This document shows, one piece after another, positions 30,561 through 45,700 of a stretch of DNA of 64,000 nucleotides (position 1 is its first letter; every line of letters begins with the position of its first letter). The DNA is from the human T2T-CHM13v2.0 reference genome, Homo sapiens. A program made the translations under genes and the position numbers. The notes beneath the pieces are model-generated. The model was not told the DNA's origin and made no database searches. It worked only from the letters and a program-made list of their open reading frames with translations. Location of the stretch: the NCBI RefSeq assembly GCF_009914755.1, contig NC_060940.1. One strand, 5' to 3'.

Positions 30561-33500
30561 GAGTCCATACGATGATTCCACTCAATTCCATATGATGATG
30601 ATTCCATTTGATTCCATTCGGTGATTCCATTCTATTCTATTCAATGGTGATTCCATTCGAGTACATTAGATGATTCCATTCGATTCCATTCAATGATGAT
30701 TCTATTTGTGTCCCTTAGATGATTCCACATGATTCCATTAGATGATGATACTATTTGAGCCCATCCAATGATTCCCTTCGATTCCATTCGATGAGGATTC
30801 CATTCGATTCAATTCATTGGTGATTCTATTCAATTCAATTCTTTGATTCCATTCCATTCCATTCGACAATGATTCCATTCGATTTCTTTCGATGATTCCA
30901 CTCGATTCCACTTGACATTGATTCCATTCGATTCCATTCAATGATTCCATTTGATTCCAGTGGATGATGATTGCCATCGATTCCATTCGATCACTCCATT
31001 CTATTCCATTTGATGATGATTACATTCGATTCCATTTGATGATTCCATCTGATTCTATTCGAGGATTCCATTTGATTCCATTCGATGATGATTCCATTCG
31101 AGTCCGTTCGATGATTTCATTCGAGTACATCCAATGATTCCATTCGAGTCCATTAGATGATTCCATTTGATTCCATTTGATAATGATTCTACTAGAGTCC
31201 ATTCAATGACTCCATTCGAGTCCATTCAACAATTCCATTCGACTCCATTCGATGATTCCATTCGATTCCATTTGATGGTTCCATTCGAGTCCATTTAATC
31301 ATTACAGTCGAGTCCATTTGGTGATTCCACCGGATTTCTTTTGATAATGATACCATTCAATTACATTTGATGATGATCCCATTCAATTTCATTTGATGAT
31401 GATTCCATTAGAGTCCATTCGATGATTTCATTCGAGTCCCTTCATTGATTCCATCCGATTTCATTGGATGATGACTCCATTCGAGTCCATTCGATGATTC
31501 CACTCGATTCCATTAGATGATTCCATTGGAGTCCATTTGATTGTTCCATTCGATTCCATTCGATTCCTTTCGAAGATTATTCCATTTGAGTCCATTCGAT
31601 GATGATTCCATTCCATTCCATTCGATGATTCCGTTTGATTCCATTCGATGATTCCCTTCGATTCCTTTCTTTGATGATTCCATTCCATTCCATTCAATGA
31701 TTCCATTCGAATCTATTCCATGATGATTCCTTTCGATTCCATTCGCTGATGTTTCCGTTCAATTCCATTCGATGATGATTCCATTCGATTCCATTCATTG
31801 AGGATTCCATTTGATTCCATTCAATGATGATTCCGTTCTATTCCATTCAATGATTGCATTCAATTCCATTCAGTGATTATCCCCTTAGAGTAAACTCAAC
31901 GATTCCATTCAATACCATTCGATGATGATTCCTTTTGAGTCCATTCAATGATTTCATTCAAGTCCATTTGATGATTCCTTTCAATTCCATTCTATGATGA
32001 TTCCATTCGAGTCCATTCGATGATTCCATTCGATTGCATTCGATGATTCCATTATATTCCAGTCAACGATGATTCCATTCGAGTCCATTCGATGATTCCA
32101 TTAGAGTACATTTAATGATTGCTTTGTTTTCAATTCGAAGATGATTACATTGGATTCCATTCTATGATACCATTCGATTCCATTCAATGATGATTCCACT
32201 CAAATCCATTGGATGATTCCATTCGTGTCCATTCGGTGATTTCATTAGATTCCATTCGAGGATGATTCCATTCGATTCCATTCGATGATTCCATTCAATT
32301 CCATTCGAGGATGATTCCATTCCAGTCCATATGATCATTCCATTTGATTTCATTCGATGATGATTCCATTCGATTCCATTCGATGATTCCATTCTATTCC
32401 ATTCGATGATGATTCCATTCGAGTCCATTCGATGATTCCATTCGAGTCCATTTAATGATTCCATTGGGTTCAATTCAATGATGATTACATTGGATTCCGT
32501 TCTATGATTCCATTCAATTCCGTTCATTGACAATTTGATTCCATTCGATGATGATTCCATTTGAGTTCATTCGATGATTCTATTCGATTCTCTTCGATGG
32601 TGATTCAATTCTATTATATTGGATGATTCCATTCGATTCCATTTGATGTTGATTCAATTCGATTCTATTCGATGATGATTCCATTGGATTTCACTTGATG
32701 ATTCTATTCGATTCCATTCAATGATGATTCACTTCTCGTCCATTGGATGATTCCATTTCATTCCATTCGATGATGATTCCATTCGATTCCATTCGATGAT
32801 TCCATTTGATTCCATGCGTCGGTGAGCAATTCGATTCAATTCCATGATGATTCTATTTGATTCAATTAGATGATGTTTCCATTCGAATCCATTCCATGAT
32901 TATTCCATTGGAATCCATTCGGCGATGATTCCATATGAGTCAATTCAATGATGATTCCATATGGGTCCGTTCGATGATAATTCCATTTGATTTCATTCGG
33001 TGCTTCTATTCAATTCCAGTCGATGATGATTCCGTTGGAGTCCATACGATGATTCCATTTGATTTCATTTGATGATGATTCCATTCGATGATGATTACAT
33101 TGGATTCCATTCTATGATTCCATTCAATTCCATTCGTTGATGATTCGATTCCATTCAATGATGATTCCATTTGAGTTCATTCGATGATTCTATTCGATTC
33201 CGTTCGGTGGTGATTCAATTCTCTTATATTGGATGATTCCACTCGATTCCATTTGATGATTATTCCATTGGAGTCCACTTAGGGAATCCTTCAGATTCTT
33301 CTCGAAGATGATTCCATTCAAGTCCATTCAATCATACCATTCAATTTCATTCGTTGATGCTTCCATTCAAGTGCATTCGATGATATCATTCGATTCCATT
33401 TGATGATAATTCCATTTGATTCCATGCGATGATTCTATTCGATTCCATTCAATGATAATTCCATTCAGTTCAGTGATTCCTCTGAACTCCATTTGATGAT

Positions 33501-36500
33501 GATTCCATTCAATGATTCCATTCGATTCTATTCCAAAATGATTCCATTTGAATCCATTTGATGATGATTCCATTAGATTCCATTTGATGATTCCATTCGA
33601 TTCCATTCGACGATGATTCCATTCGATTCCATGTGATGATTCCATTCTATTCTATTCGATGATGATTCCATTCGATTCCATTCGATGATGATTGGATTCG
33701 ATTCCATTTGATGATTTCATTTGATTCCATTCGTTAATGATTTCGATCAATTCCATTCGATGATTCCATTCGATTCCATTCGATAATGATTACATCCGTG
33801 TCCATTCAATGATTCCATTTGAGCCTGTTCGATAATTCCATTTGAGTCCAACCAATGATTCCATTCATTTCCATTCAATGATTCCATTCGAGTCCATTTG
33901 ATCATTCCGGTAGGGTCCATTCGATGTTGATTCCATTGGAGTGCATTCGATGATTCCATTCGAGTCCATTTTATGATTTGATTCGAGTCCTTTCGATGAT
34001 TCCATTCGATTCCACTCGATGATGATTTCATTCGAGTCCATTCGACACTTCCAATCGATTCCATTTGATGTTTCCATTCGAGTCCAATTGATGATTCCAT
34101 TCAATTCCATTCGATGATGATTCCGTACGATTCCATTCTGTGATGATTCCATGTGATTGCATTCAATGATGATTCCTTTAGATTGCATTCGATTGTGATT
34201 CATTTCGTCTTCATTCTATGGTTCCACAGGTTTCCATTCGTGTCCATTCCATTATTCCATTCTATTCCATTTGATGATGATTCCTTTCGATTCCATTCAT
34301 TGGTGATTCCACTCAATTCCATTCAATGATTCCATTCCATTTCTTTCAACAATGATTCCATTAGTTTCTAATCGATGATCCACTTGATTCCATTTGACGA
34401 CGATTCCATTCTTGTCCATTCGATGATTCCATTTGATTCCATATGATGATGATTCCATTCGATTCCATACGATGATGATTCCATTCGAGTCCATTCAATG
34501 GTGATTCCATTCAATTCCATTCGATGATTCCTTTTGATTCCATTCGATGATGATGGCATTCGATTCCTTTCAATCATTCCCTTTGATTGCATTCAAAGGT
34601 GATTTCATTGAAGTCCATTCGATAATTGCATTCGATTCCATTCTATGATGATTCCATTCGAGTCCATTTGATGATTCCATTCAATTCAAGTCAATGATGA
34701 TTCCATTCGATTCCATTCGATGATTCCATTGGATTCCATTCGATGATGATTCCATTCAAATCCATTCGATAATTCAATTCAAGTCCATTCGATGATGATT
34801 AAAATCGAATCCATTCAAAGATTCCATTCAGTTCCATTCGATGATTCCCTTAGATTCCATTCGATGATTCCACTTGATTTCATTTACGATGATTCCATTC
34901 GATTCCATGTGATGATTCCATTCAATTCTATTCAATGCTGTTTCCATTTGATTCCATTCGACCATGATTGCCTTTGATTCCATTCAACGACTCCATTCGG
35001 TTCCTTTTGATGATGATTCCGTTCGATTCCATTTCATTATTCCATTTGATTCCATTGGATGAGTCCATTCGATTACATTCGATGATTATTCCATTCGAGT
35101 GCATTAGATGATTCCATTCGAGTCCATTCGATGATTCCATTCGATTCCATTCGATGTTGATTCTGTTCAAATCCATTCGATGATTCCACTCGATTCCATT
35201 CGATGACTCCAGTTGATCCCATTCGATGATTTCCTTTGATTCCCTTTGATGATCATTCCATTTGATTCAATTCCGTGATTTCATTTCATTCCATTCAGTG
35301 ATGTTTCCATTCGACTCCATTCGATGATGATTCCATTTGACTCCATTCGATTATGATTTCATTCAATTCCATTCGATAATGATTCCCTTCGAGTCCATTC
35401 GATGATTCCATTCGATTCCATTCAACGATGATTTGATTCGTGTCCATTCGATGATTCCATTTGATTCCACTTGATGATGATTCCATTCGAGTCCATTTGA
35501 TGATTCCATTCAATTCCATACTCCGATGATTTCTTTTGAGCCCATTCAATGCTTCCACTCGATTCCATATGATGATGACTCCATTCGATGAAATTCGATG
35601 ATGATTCCATTCGCTTGCTTTTGATGATGATTCCACTTGAGTCCGTTAGAAGATTCTATTCAATTACATTCCATGACGATTCCGTTCGAGTCCATTTGAT
35701 GATTCCATTAGACTCCATTCGACGATGATTCCATTCGATGTTATTCGATGATTCTATTAGATCTCATTCGATGATGATTCCATTCAACTCCATTCGATGT
35801 TTCCATTCGAGTTCATTCTATTATTCCATTAGATTCCATTCGATGATGATTCCATTCGCTTCCATTTGATGATTGCATTCTATTTCAATAGATGATGATT
35901 CCATCCGAGTCCACTCAATGATTCCATTCGAGTCCATTTAATGAATCCATTGGTTTCAATTCTATGATGATTACATTGGATTCCATTCGTTGATGATTTC
36001 ATTCGGTTCCATTCAATGATGATTCCATTCAATTCCTTTCTATGTTTCCATTCAATTCCATACGATGATGATTCCATTTGATTTGATTCGACAGTGAGCC
36101 ATTCGATTCAATTCCATGATGATTCTATTTTATTCCATTGGTTGACATTTCCATTCGATTCCATTCGATGATGATTCCCTTTGATTCCATTCAAAGATGA
36201 TTCCATTCTAGCCCATTCAATCATTCCATTCGATTCTATTCAATGATGATTCCATTCATGTCGATTTGGTGATTCCATTTGACTTCATTTGATGATGATT
36301 CCTTTCAAGTTCATTAGATGATTCCATTCGATTCCATTTGATGATGATCTCATTCGAGTCCATTCAGTGATTCCATTCGTTTCCATTCCATGATGATTCC
36401 ATTCCATTCCATGTAATGATTCCATTCGATTCCGTTTGATGATGATTTCATTCGAGTCCATTTGATGATTCCATTTGATTCCATTCGATGATGATTCCAT

Positions 36501-36672
36501 TCGAGTCCATTCGATGATTCTATTCGAATCCATTTGATGATTTCTTTTGATTATATTTGGTGATGATTCCATTGGAGTCCATTCAATGATTCCATTCGAT
36601 TCCAATCGATGGTGATTCCATTAGAGTCCATTTAATGATTCCATTTGATTCCAGTCTCTGATGATTACATTC
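30561..36672 (+). repeat. Higher-order unit 6 (6112 bp; 5' half like unit 5, 3' half subtype B)
   Basis: Anchor at 30561; diagnostic variants switch between 33633 and 33974. Confidence 0.93.
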
Positions 36673-39600
36673 GAGTCCATACGATGATTCCACTCAATTC
36701 CATATGATGATGATTCCATTCGATTCCATTCGATGATTCCATTCTATTCTATTCAATTGTGATTCCGTTCGAGTACATTAGATGATTCCATTCGATTCCA
36801 TTCAATGATGATTCTATTTGTGTCCCTTAGATGATTCCACATGATTCCATTAGATGATGATACTATTTGAGCCCATCCAATGATTCCCTTCGATTCCATT
36901 CGATGAGGATTCCATTTGATTCAATTCATTGGTGATTCTATTCAATTCAATTCTTTGATTCCATTCCATTCCATTCGACAATGATTCCATTCGATTTCTT
37001 CCGATGATTCCACTCGATTCCACTTGACATTGATTCCATTCGATTCCATTCTATGATTCCATTTGATTCCAGTGGATGATGATTGCCATCGATTCCATTC
37101 GATCACTCCACTCTATTCCATTTGATGATGATTACATTCGATTCCATTTGATGATTCCATCTGATTCTATTCGAGGATTCCATTTGATTCCATTCGATGA
37201 TGATTCCATTCGAGTCCATTTGAAGATTTCATTCGAGTACATCCAATGATTCCATTCGAGTCCATTTGATGATTCCATTTGATTCCATTTGATTATGATT
37301 CTACTAGAGTCCATTCAATGACTCCATTGGAGTCCATTCAACAATTCCATTCGACTCCATTCGATGATTCCATTCGATTGCATTTGAGGATTCCATTCGA
37401 GTCCATTTAATCATTACCGTCGAGTCCATTTGGTGATTCCACTGGATTTCTTTTGATAATGATACCATTCAATTACATATGATGATGATCCCATTCAATT
37501 TCATTTGATGATGATTCCATTAGAGTCCATTCGATGATTTCATTCGAGTCCCTTCATTGATTCCATCCGATTTCATTGGATGATGACTCCATTCGAGTTC
37601 CTTTTCCACTCGATTCCATTAGATGATTCCATTGGAGTCCATTTGATTGTTCCATTCGATTCCATTCGATTCCTTTCGAAGATTATTCCATTTGAGTCCA
37701 TTCGATGATGATTCCATTCCATTCCATTCGATGATTCCGTTTGATTCCATTCGATGATTCCCTTCGATTCCTTTCTTTGATGATTCCATTCCATTCCATT
37801 CAATGATTCCATTCGAATCTATTCCATGATGATTCCTTTCGATTCCATTCGCTCATGTTTCCGTTCAATTCCATTCGATGATGATTCCATTCGATTCCAT
37901 TCATTGAGGATTCCATTTGATTCCATTCAATGATGATTCCATTCTATTCCATTCAATGATTGCATTCAATTCCATTCAATGATTATCCCATTAGAGTAAA
38001 CTCAATGATTCCATTCAATACCATTCGATGATGATTCCTTTTGAGTCCATTCAATGATTTCATTCAAGTCCATTTGATGATTCCTTTCAATTCCATTCTA
38101 TGATGATTCCATTCGAGTCCACTCGATGATTCCATTCGATTGCATTCGATGATTCCATTATATTCCATTCAACGACGATTCCATTCGAGTCCATTCGATG
38201 ATTCCATTAGAGTACATTTAATGATTGCTTTGTTTTCAATTCGAAGATGATTACATTGGATTCCATTCTATGATACCATTCGATTCCATTCAATGATGAT
38301 TCCACTCAAATCCATTGGATGATTCCATTCGTGTCCATTCGGTGATTTCATTAAATTCCATTCGAGGATGATTCCATTCGATTCCATTCGATGATTCCAT
38401 TCAATTCCATTCGATGATGATTCCATTCGAGTCCATATGATCATTCCATTTGATTTCATTCGATGATGATTCCATTCGATTCCATTCGATGATTCCATTC
38501 TATTCCATTCGATGATGATTCCATTCGAGTCCATTCGATGATTCCATTCGAGTCCATTTAATGATTCCATTGGGTTGAATTCAATGATGATTACATTGGA
38601 TTCCGTTCTATGATTCCATTCAATTCCGTTCATTGACAATTTGATTCCATTCGATGATGATTCCATTTGAGTTCATTCGATGATTCTATTCAATTCCCTT
38701 CGATGGTGATTCAATTCTATTATATTGGATGATTCCATTCGATTCCATTTGATGTTGATTCAATTCGATTCTATTCGATGATGATTCCATTGGATTTCAC
38801 TTGATGATTCTATTCGATTCCATTCAATGATGATTCACTTCTCGTCCATTGGATGATTCCATTTCATTCCATTCGATGATGATTCCATTCGATTCCATTC
38901 AATGATTCCATTTGATTCCATTCGACGGTGAGCAATTTGATTCAATTCCATGATGATTCTGTTTGATTCAATTAGATGATGTTTCCATTCGAATCCATTC
39001 CATGATTATTCCATTGGAATCCATTTGGCGATGATTCCATATGAGTCAAATCAATGATGATTCCATATGGGTCCGTTCGATGATAATTCCATTTGATTTC
39101 ATTCGATGCTTCTATTCTATTCCAGTCGATGATGATTCCGTTGGAGTCCATACGATGATTCCATTTGATTTCATTTGATGATGATTCCATTCGATGATAA
39201 TTACCTTGGATTCCATTCTATGATTCCATTCAATTCCATTCGTTGATGATTCGATTCCATTCAATGATGATTCCATTTGAGTTCATTCGATGATTCTATT
39301 CGATTCCGTTTGATGGTGATTCAATTCTATTATATTGGATGATTCCACTCGATTCCATTTGATGATTATTCCATTGGAGTCCACTTAGTGAATCCTTTAG
39401 ATTCTACTGGAAGATGATTCCATTCGAGTCCATTCGATGATACCATTCAATTCCATTCGTTGATGCTTCCATTCAAGTGCATTCGATGATATCATTCGAT
39501 TCCATTTGATGATAATTCCATTTGATTCCATGCGATGATTCTATTCGATTCCATTCAATGATAATTCCATTCAATTCAGTGATTCCTCTGGACTCCATTT

Positions 39601-42600
39601 GATGATGATTCCATTCAATGATTCCATTCGATTCTATTCGAAAATGATTCCATTCGATTCCATTCGACGATGATTCCATTCGATTCCATTTGATGATTCC
39701 ATTCGATTCCATTCGATGATGATTCCATTCGATTCCATTTGATGATTCCATTCTATTCTATTCGATGATGATTCCATTCGATTCCGTTTGATGATGATTG
39801 GATTCGATTCCATTGGATGATTTCATTTGATCCCATTCGTTAATGATTTCGATCAATTCCATTCGATGATTCCATTTGATTCCATTCGATAATGATTACA
39901 TCCGAGTCCATTCGATGATTCCATTTGAGCCCGTTCGATAATTCCATTTGAGTCCAATCAATGATTCCATTAATTTCCATTCAATGATTCCATTAGAGTC
40001 CATTTGATCATTCCGGTAGAGTCCATTCCATGTTGATTCCATTGGAGTGCATTCGATGATTCCATTCGAGTCCATTTTATGATTTGATTCGAGTCCTTTC
40101 GATGATTCCATTCGATTCCACTCGATGATGATTTCATTCGAGTCCATTCGACACTTCCAATCGATTCCATTTGATGTTTCCATTCGAGTCCAATTGATGA
40201 TTCCATTCAATTCCATTCGATGATGATTCCGTACGATTCCATTCTGTGATGATTCCATGTGATTGCATTCAATGATGATTCCTTTCGATTGCATTCGATT
40301 ATGATTCATTTCTTGTTCATTCTATGGTTCCACAGGTTTCCATTCGTGTCCATTCCATTATTCCATTCTATTCCATTTGATGATGATTCCATTCGATTCC
40401 ATTCATTGGTGATTCCACTCAATTCCATTCAATGATTCCATTCCATTTCTTTCAACAATGATTCCATTAGTTTCTAATCGATGATCCACTTGATACCATT
40501 TGACGACGATTCCATTCTTGTCCATTCGATGATTCCATTTGATTCCATATGATGATGATTCCATTCGATTCCATACGATGATGATTCCATTCGAGTCCAT
40601 TCAATGGTGATTCCATTCAATTCCATTCGATGATTCCTTTCGATTCCATTCGATGATGATGGCATTCGATTCCTTTCAATCATTCCCTTTGATTGCATTC
40701 AAAGGTGATTTCATTCAAGTCTATTCGATAATTGCATTCGATTCCATTCTATGATGATTCCATTCGAGTCCATTTGATGATTCCATTCAATTCAAGTCAA
40801 TGATGATTCCATTCGATTCCATTCGATGATTCCATTGGATTCCATTGGATGATGATTCCATTCAAATCCATTCGATAATTCAATTCAAGTCCATTCGATG
40901 ATGATTCCAATCGAATCCATTCAAAGATTCCATTCAGTTCCATTCGATGATTCCCTTAGATTCCATTCGATGATGCCACTTGATTCCATTTACGATGATT
41001 CCTTTTGATTCCATGTGATGATTCCATTCAATTCTATTCAATGATGTTTCCATTTGATTCCATTCGATCATGATTGCCTTTGATTCCATTCAATGATTCC
41101 ATTCGGTTCCTTTTGATGATGATTCCGTTCGATTCCATTTGATGATTCCATTTGATTCCATTGGATGAGTCCATTCGATTACATTCGATGATTATTCCAC
41201 TCGAGTGCATTAGATGATTCCATTCGAGTCCATTCGATGATTCCATTCTATTCCATTCGATGTTGATTCTGTTCAAATCCATTCGATGATTCCACTCGAT
41301 TCCATTCGATGACTCCATTTGATCCCATTCGATGATTTCCTGTGATTCCCTTTGATGATCATTCCATTTGATGCAATTCGGTGATTTCATTGGATTCCAT
41401 TCAGTGATGTTTCCATTCGACTCCATTCGATGATGATTCCATTCGACTCCATTCGATTATGATTTCATTCAATTCCATTCGATAATGATTCCCTTCGAGT
41501 CCATTCGATGATTCCATTCGATTCCATTCAACGATGATTTGATTCGTGTCCATTCGATGATTCCATTTGATTCCACTTGATGATGATTCCATTCGAGTCC
41601 ATTTGATGATTCCATTCAATTCCATTCTCCGATGATTTCTTTTGAGCCCACTCAATGCTTCCACTCGATTCCATATGATGATGACTCCATTCGATGAAAT
41701 TCGATGATGATTCCATTCGCTTCCTTTCGATGATGATTCCACTTGAGTCCGTTAGAAGATTCTAATCAATTACATTCCATGACGATTCCGTTCGAGTCCA
41801 TTTGATGATTCCATTAGACTCCATTCGACGATGATTCCATTCGATGTTATTCGATGATTCCATTCGATCTCATTCGATGATGATTCCATTCAACTCCATT
41901 CGATGTTTCCATTTGAGTTCATTCTATTATTCCATTAGATTCCATTCGATGATGATTCCATTCGCTTCCATTTGATGATTGCATTCTATTTCAATAGATG
42001 ATGATTCCATCCGAGTCCACTCAATGATTCCATTCGAGTCCATTTAATGAATCCATTGGTTTCAATTCTATGATGATTACATTGGATTCCATTCGTTGAT
42101 GATTTCATTCGATTCCATTCAATGATGATTCCATTCAATTCCTTTCAATGTTTCCATTCAATTCCATACGATGATGATTCCATTTGATTTGATTCGACAG
42201 TGAGCCATTCGATTCAATTCCATGATGATTCTATTTGATTCCATTGGTTGACATTTCCATTCGATTCCATTCGATGATGATTCCCTTTGATTCCATTCAA
42301 AGATGATTCCATTCTAGCCCATTCAATCATTCCATTCGATTCTATTCAATGATGATTCCATTCATGTCGATTTGGTGATTCCATTTGACTTCATTTGATG
42401 ATGATTCCTTTCAAGTTCATTAGATGATTTCATTCGATTCCATTTGATGATGATCCCATTCGAGTCCATTCAGTGATTCCATTCGTTTCCATTCCATGAT
42501 GATTCCATTCCATTGCATGCAATGATTCCATTCGATTCCGTTTGATGATGATTTCATTCGAGTTCATTTGATGATTCCATTTGATATGGTTCGATGATGA

Positions 42601-42778
42601 TTCCATTCGAGTCCATTCGATGATTCTATTCGAATCCATTTGATGATTTCTTTTGATTATAGTTGGTGATGATTCCATTGGAGTCCATTCAATGATTCCA
42701 TTCGATTCCAATCGATGGTGATTCCATTAGAGTCCATTTAATGATTCCATTTGATTCCAGTCTCTGATGATTACATTC
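36673..42778 (+). repeat. Higher-order unit 7 (6106 bp, subtype B; 6-bp deletion near 37600)
   Basis: Anchors at 36673 and 42779; GAGTTCCTTTTCCAC replaces GAGTCCATTCGATGATTCCAC. Confidence 0.93.
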
Positions 42779-45700
42779 GAGTCCATACGATGATTCCACT
42801 CAATTCCATATCATGATGATTCCATTCGATTCCATTCGATGATTCCATTCTATTCTATTCAATGGTGATTCCATTCGAGTACATTAGATGATTCCATTCG
42901 ATTCCATTCAATGATGATTCTATTTGTGTCCCTTAGATGATTCCACATGATTCCATTAGATGATGATACTATTTGAGCCCATCCAATGATTCCCTTCGAT
43001 TCCATTCGATGAGGATTCCATTCGATTCAATTCATTGGTGACTCTATTCAATTCAATTCTTTGATTCCATTCCATTCCATTAGACAATGATTCCATTCGA
43101 TTTCTTTCGATGATTCCACTCGATTCCACTTGACATTGATTCCATTCGATTCCATTCAATGATTCCATTTGATTCCAGTGGATGATGATTGCCATCGATT
43201 CCGTTCGATCACTCCATTCTATTCCATTTGATGATGATTACATTCGATTCCATTTGATGATTCCATCTGATTCTATTCGAGGATTCCATTTGATTCCATT
43301 CGATGATGATTCCATTCGAGTCCATTCGATGATTTCATTCGAGTACATCCAATGATTCCATTCGAGTCCATTTGATGATTCCATTTGATTCTATTTGATT
43401 ATGATTCTACTAGAGTCCATTCAATGACTCCATTCGAGTCCATTCAACAATTCCATTCGACTCCATTCGATGATTCCATTCGATTGCATTTGAGGATTCC
43501 ATTCGAGTCCATTTAGTCATTACAGTCGAGTCCATTTGGTGATTCCACTGGATTTCTTTTGATAATGATACCATTCAATTACATTTGATGATGATCCCAT
43601 TCAATTTCATTTGATGATGATTCCATTAGAGTCCATTCGATGATTTCATTCGAGTCCCTTCATTGATTCCATCCGATTTCATTGGATGATGACTCCATTC
43701 GAGTCCCTTTTCCACTCGATTCCATTAGATGATTCCATTGGAGTCCATTTGATTGTTCCATTTGATTCCATTCGATTCCTTTCGAAGATTATTCCATTTG
43801 AGTCCATTCGATGATGATTCCATTCCATTCCATTCGATGATTCCGTTTGATTCCATTCAATGATTCCCTTCGATTCCTTTCTTTGATGATTCCATTCCAT
43901 TCCATTCAATGATTCCATTCGAATCTATTCCATGATGATCCCTTTCGATTCCATTCGCTGATGTTTCCGTTCAATTCCATTCGATGATGATTCCATTCGA
44001 TTCCATTCATTGAGGATTCCATTTGATTCCATTCAATGATGATTCCATTCTATTCCATTCAATGATTTCATTCAATTCCATTCAATGATTATCCCATTAG
44101 AGTAAACTCAATGATTCCATTCAATACCATTCGATGATGATTCCATTTGAGTCCATTCAATGATTTCATTCAAGTCCATTTGATGATTCCTTTCAATTCC
44201 ATTCTATGATGATTCCATTCGAGTCCATTCGATGGTTCCATTCGATTGCATTCGATGATTCCATTATATTCCATTCAACGACGATTCCATTCGAGTCCAT
44301 TCGATGATTCCATTAGAGTACATTTAATGATTGCTTTGTTTTCAATTCGAAGATGATTACATTCGATTCCATTCTATGATACCATTCGATTCCATTCAAT
44401 GATGATTCCACTCAAATCCATTGGATGATTCCATTCGTGTCCATTCGGTGATTTCATTAAATTTCATTCGAGGATGATTCCATTCGATTCCATTCGATGA
44501 TTCCATTCAATTCCATTCGACGATGATTCCATTCGAGTCCATATGATCATTCCATTTGATTTCATTCGATGATGATTCCATTCGATTCCATTCGATGATT
44601 CCATTCTATTCCATTCGATGATGATTCCATTCGAGTCCATTCGATGATTCCATTCGAGTCCATTTAATGATTCCATTGGGTTCAATTCAATGATGATTAC
44701 ATTGGATTCCGTTCTATGATTCCATTCAATTCCGTTCATTGACAATTTGATTCCATTCGATGATGATTCCATTTGAGTTCATTCGATGACTCTATTCGAT
44801 TCCCTTCGATGGTGATTCAATTCTATTATATTGGATGATTCCATTCGATTCCATTTGATGTTGATTCAATTCGATTCTATTCGATGATGATTCCATTGGA
44901 TTTCACTTGATGATTCTATTCGATTCCATTCAATGATGATTCACTTCTCGTCCATTGGATGATTCCATTTCATTCCATTCGATGATGATTCCATTCGATT
45001 CCATTTGATGATTCCATTTGATTCCATTCGACGGTGAGCAATTTGATTCAATTCCATGATGATTCTGTTTGATTCAATTAGATGATGTTTCCATTCGAAT
45101 CCATTCCATGATTATTCCATTGGAATCCATTTGGCGATGATTCCATATGAGTCAATTCAATGATGATTCCATATGGGTCCGTTCGATGATAATTCCATTT
45201 GATTTCATTCGATGCTTCTATTCTATTCCAGTCGATGATGATTCCGTTGGAGTCCATACGATGATTCCATTTGATTTCATTTGATGATGATTCCATTCGA
45301 TGATGATTACATTGGATTCCATTCTATGATTCCATTCAATTCCATTCGTTGATGATTCGATTCCATTCAATGATGATTCCATTTGAGTTCATTCGATGAT
45401 TCTATTCGATTCCGTTTGATGGTGATTCAATTCTATTATATTGGATGATTCCACTCGATTCCATTTGATGATTATTCCATTGGAGTCCACTTAGTGAATC
45501 CTTTAGATTCTACTCGAAGATGATTCCATTCGAGTCCATTCGACGATACCATTCAATTCCATTCGTTGATGCTTCCATTCAAGTGCATTCGATGATATCA
45601 TTCGATTCCATTTGATGATAATTCCATTTGATTCCATGCGATGATTCTATTCGATTCCATTCAATGATAATTCCATTCAATTCAGTGATTCCTCTGGACT

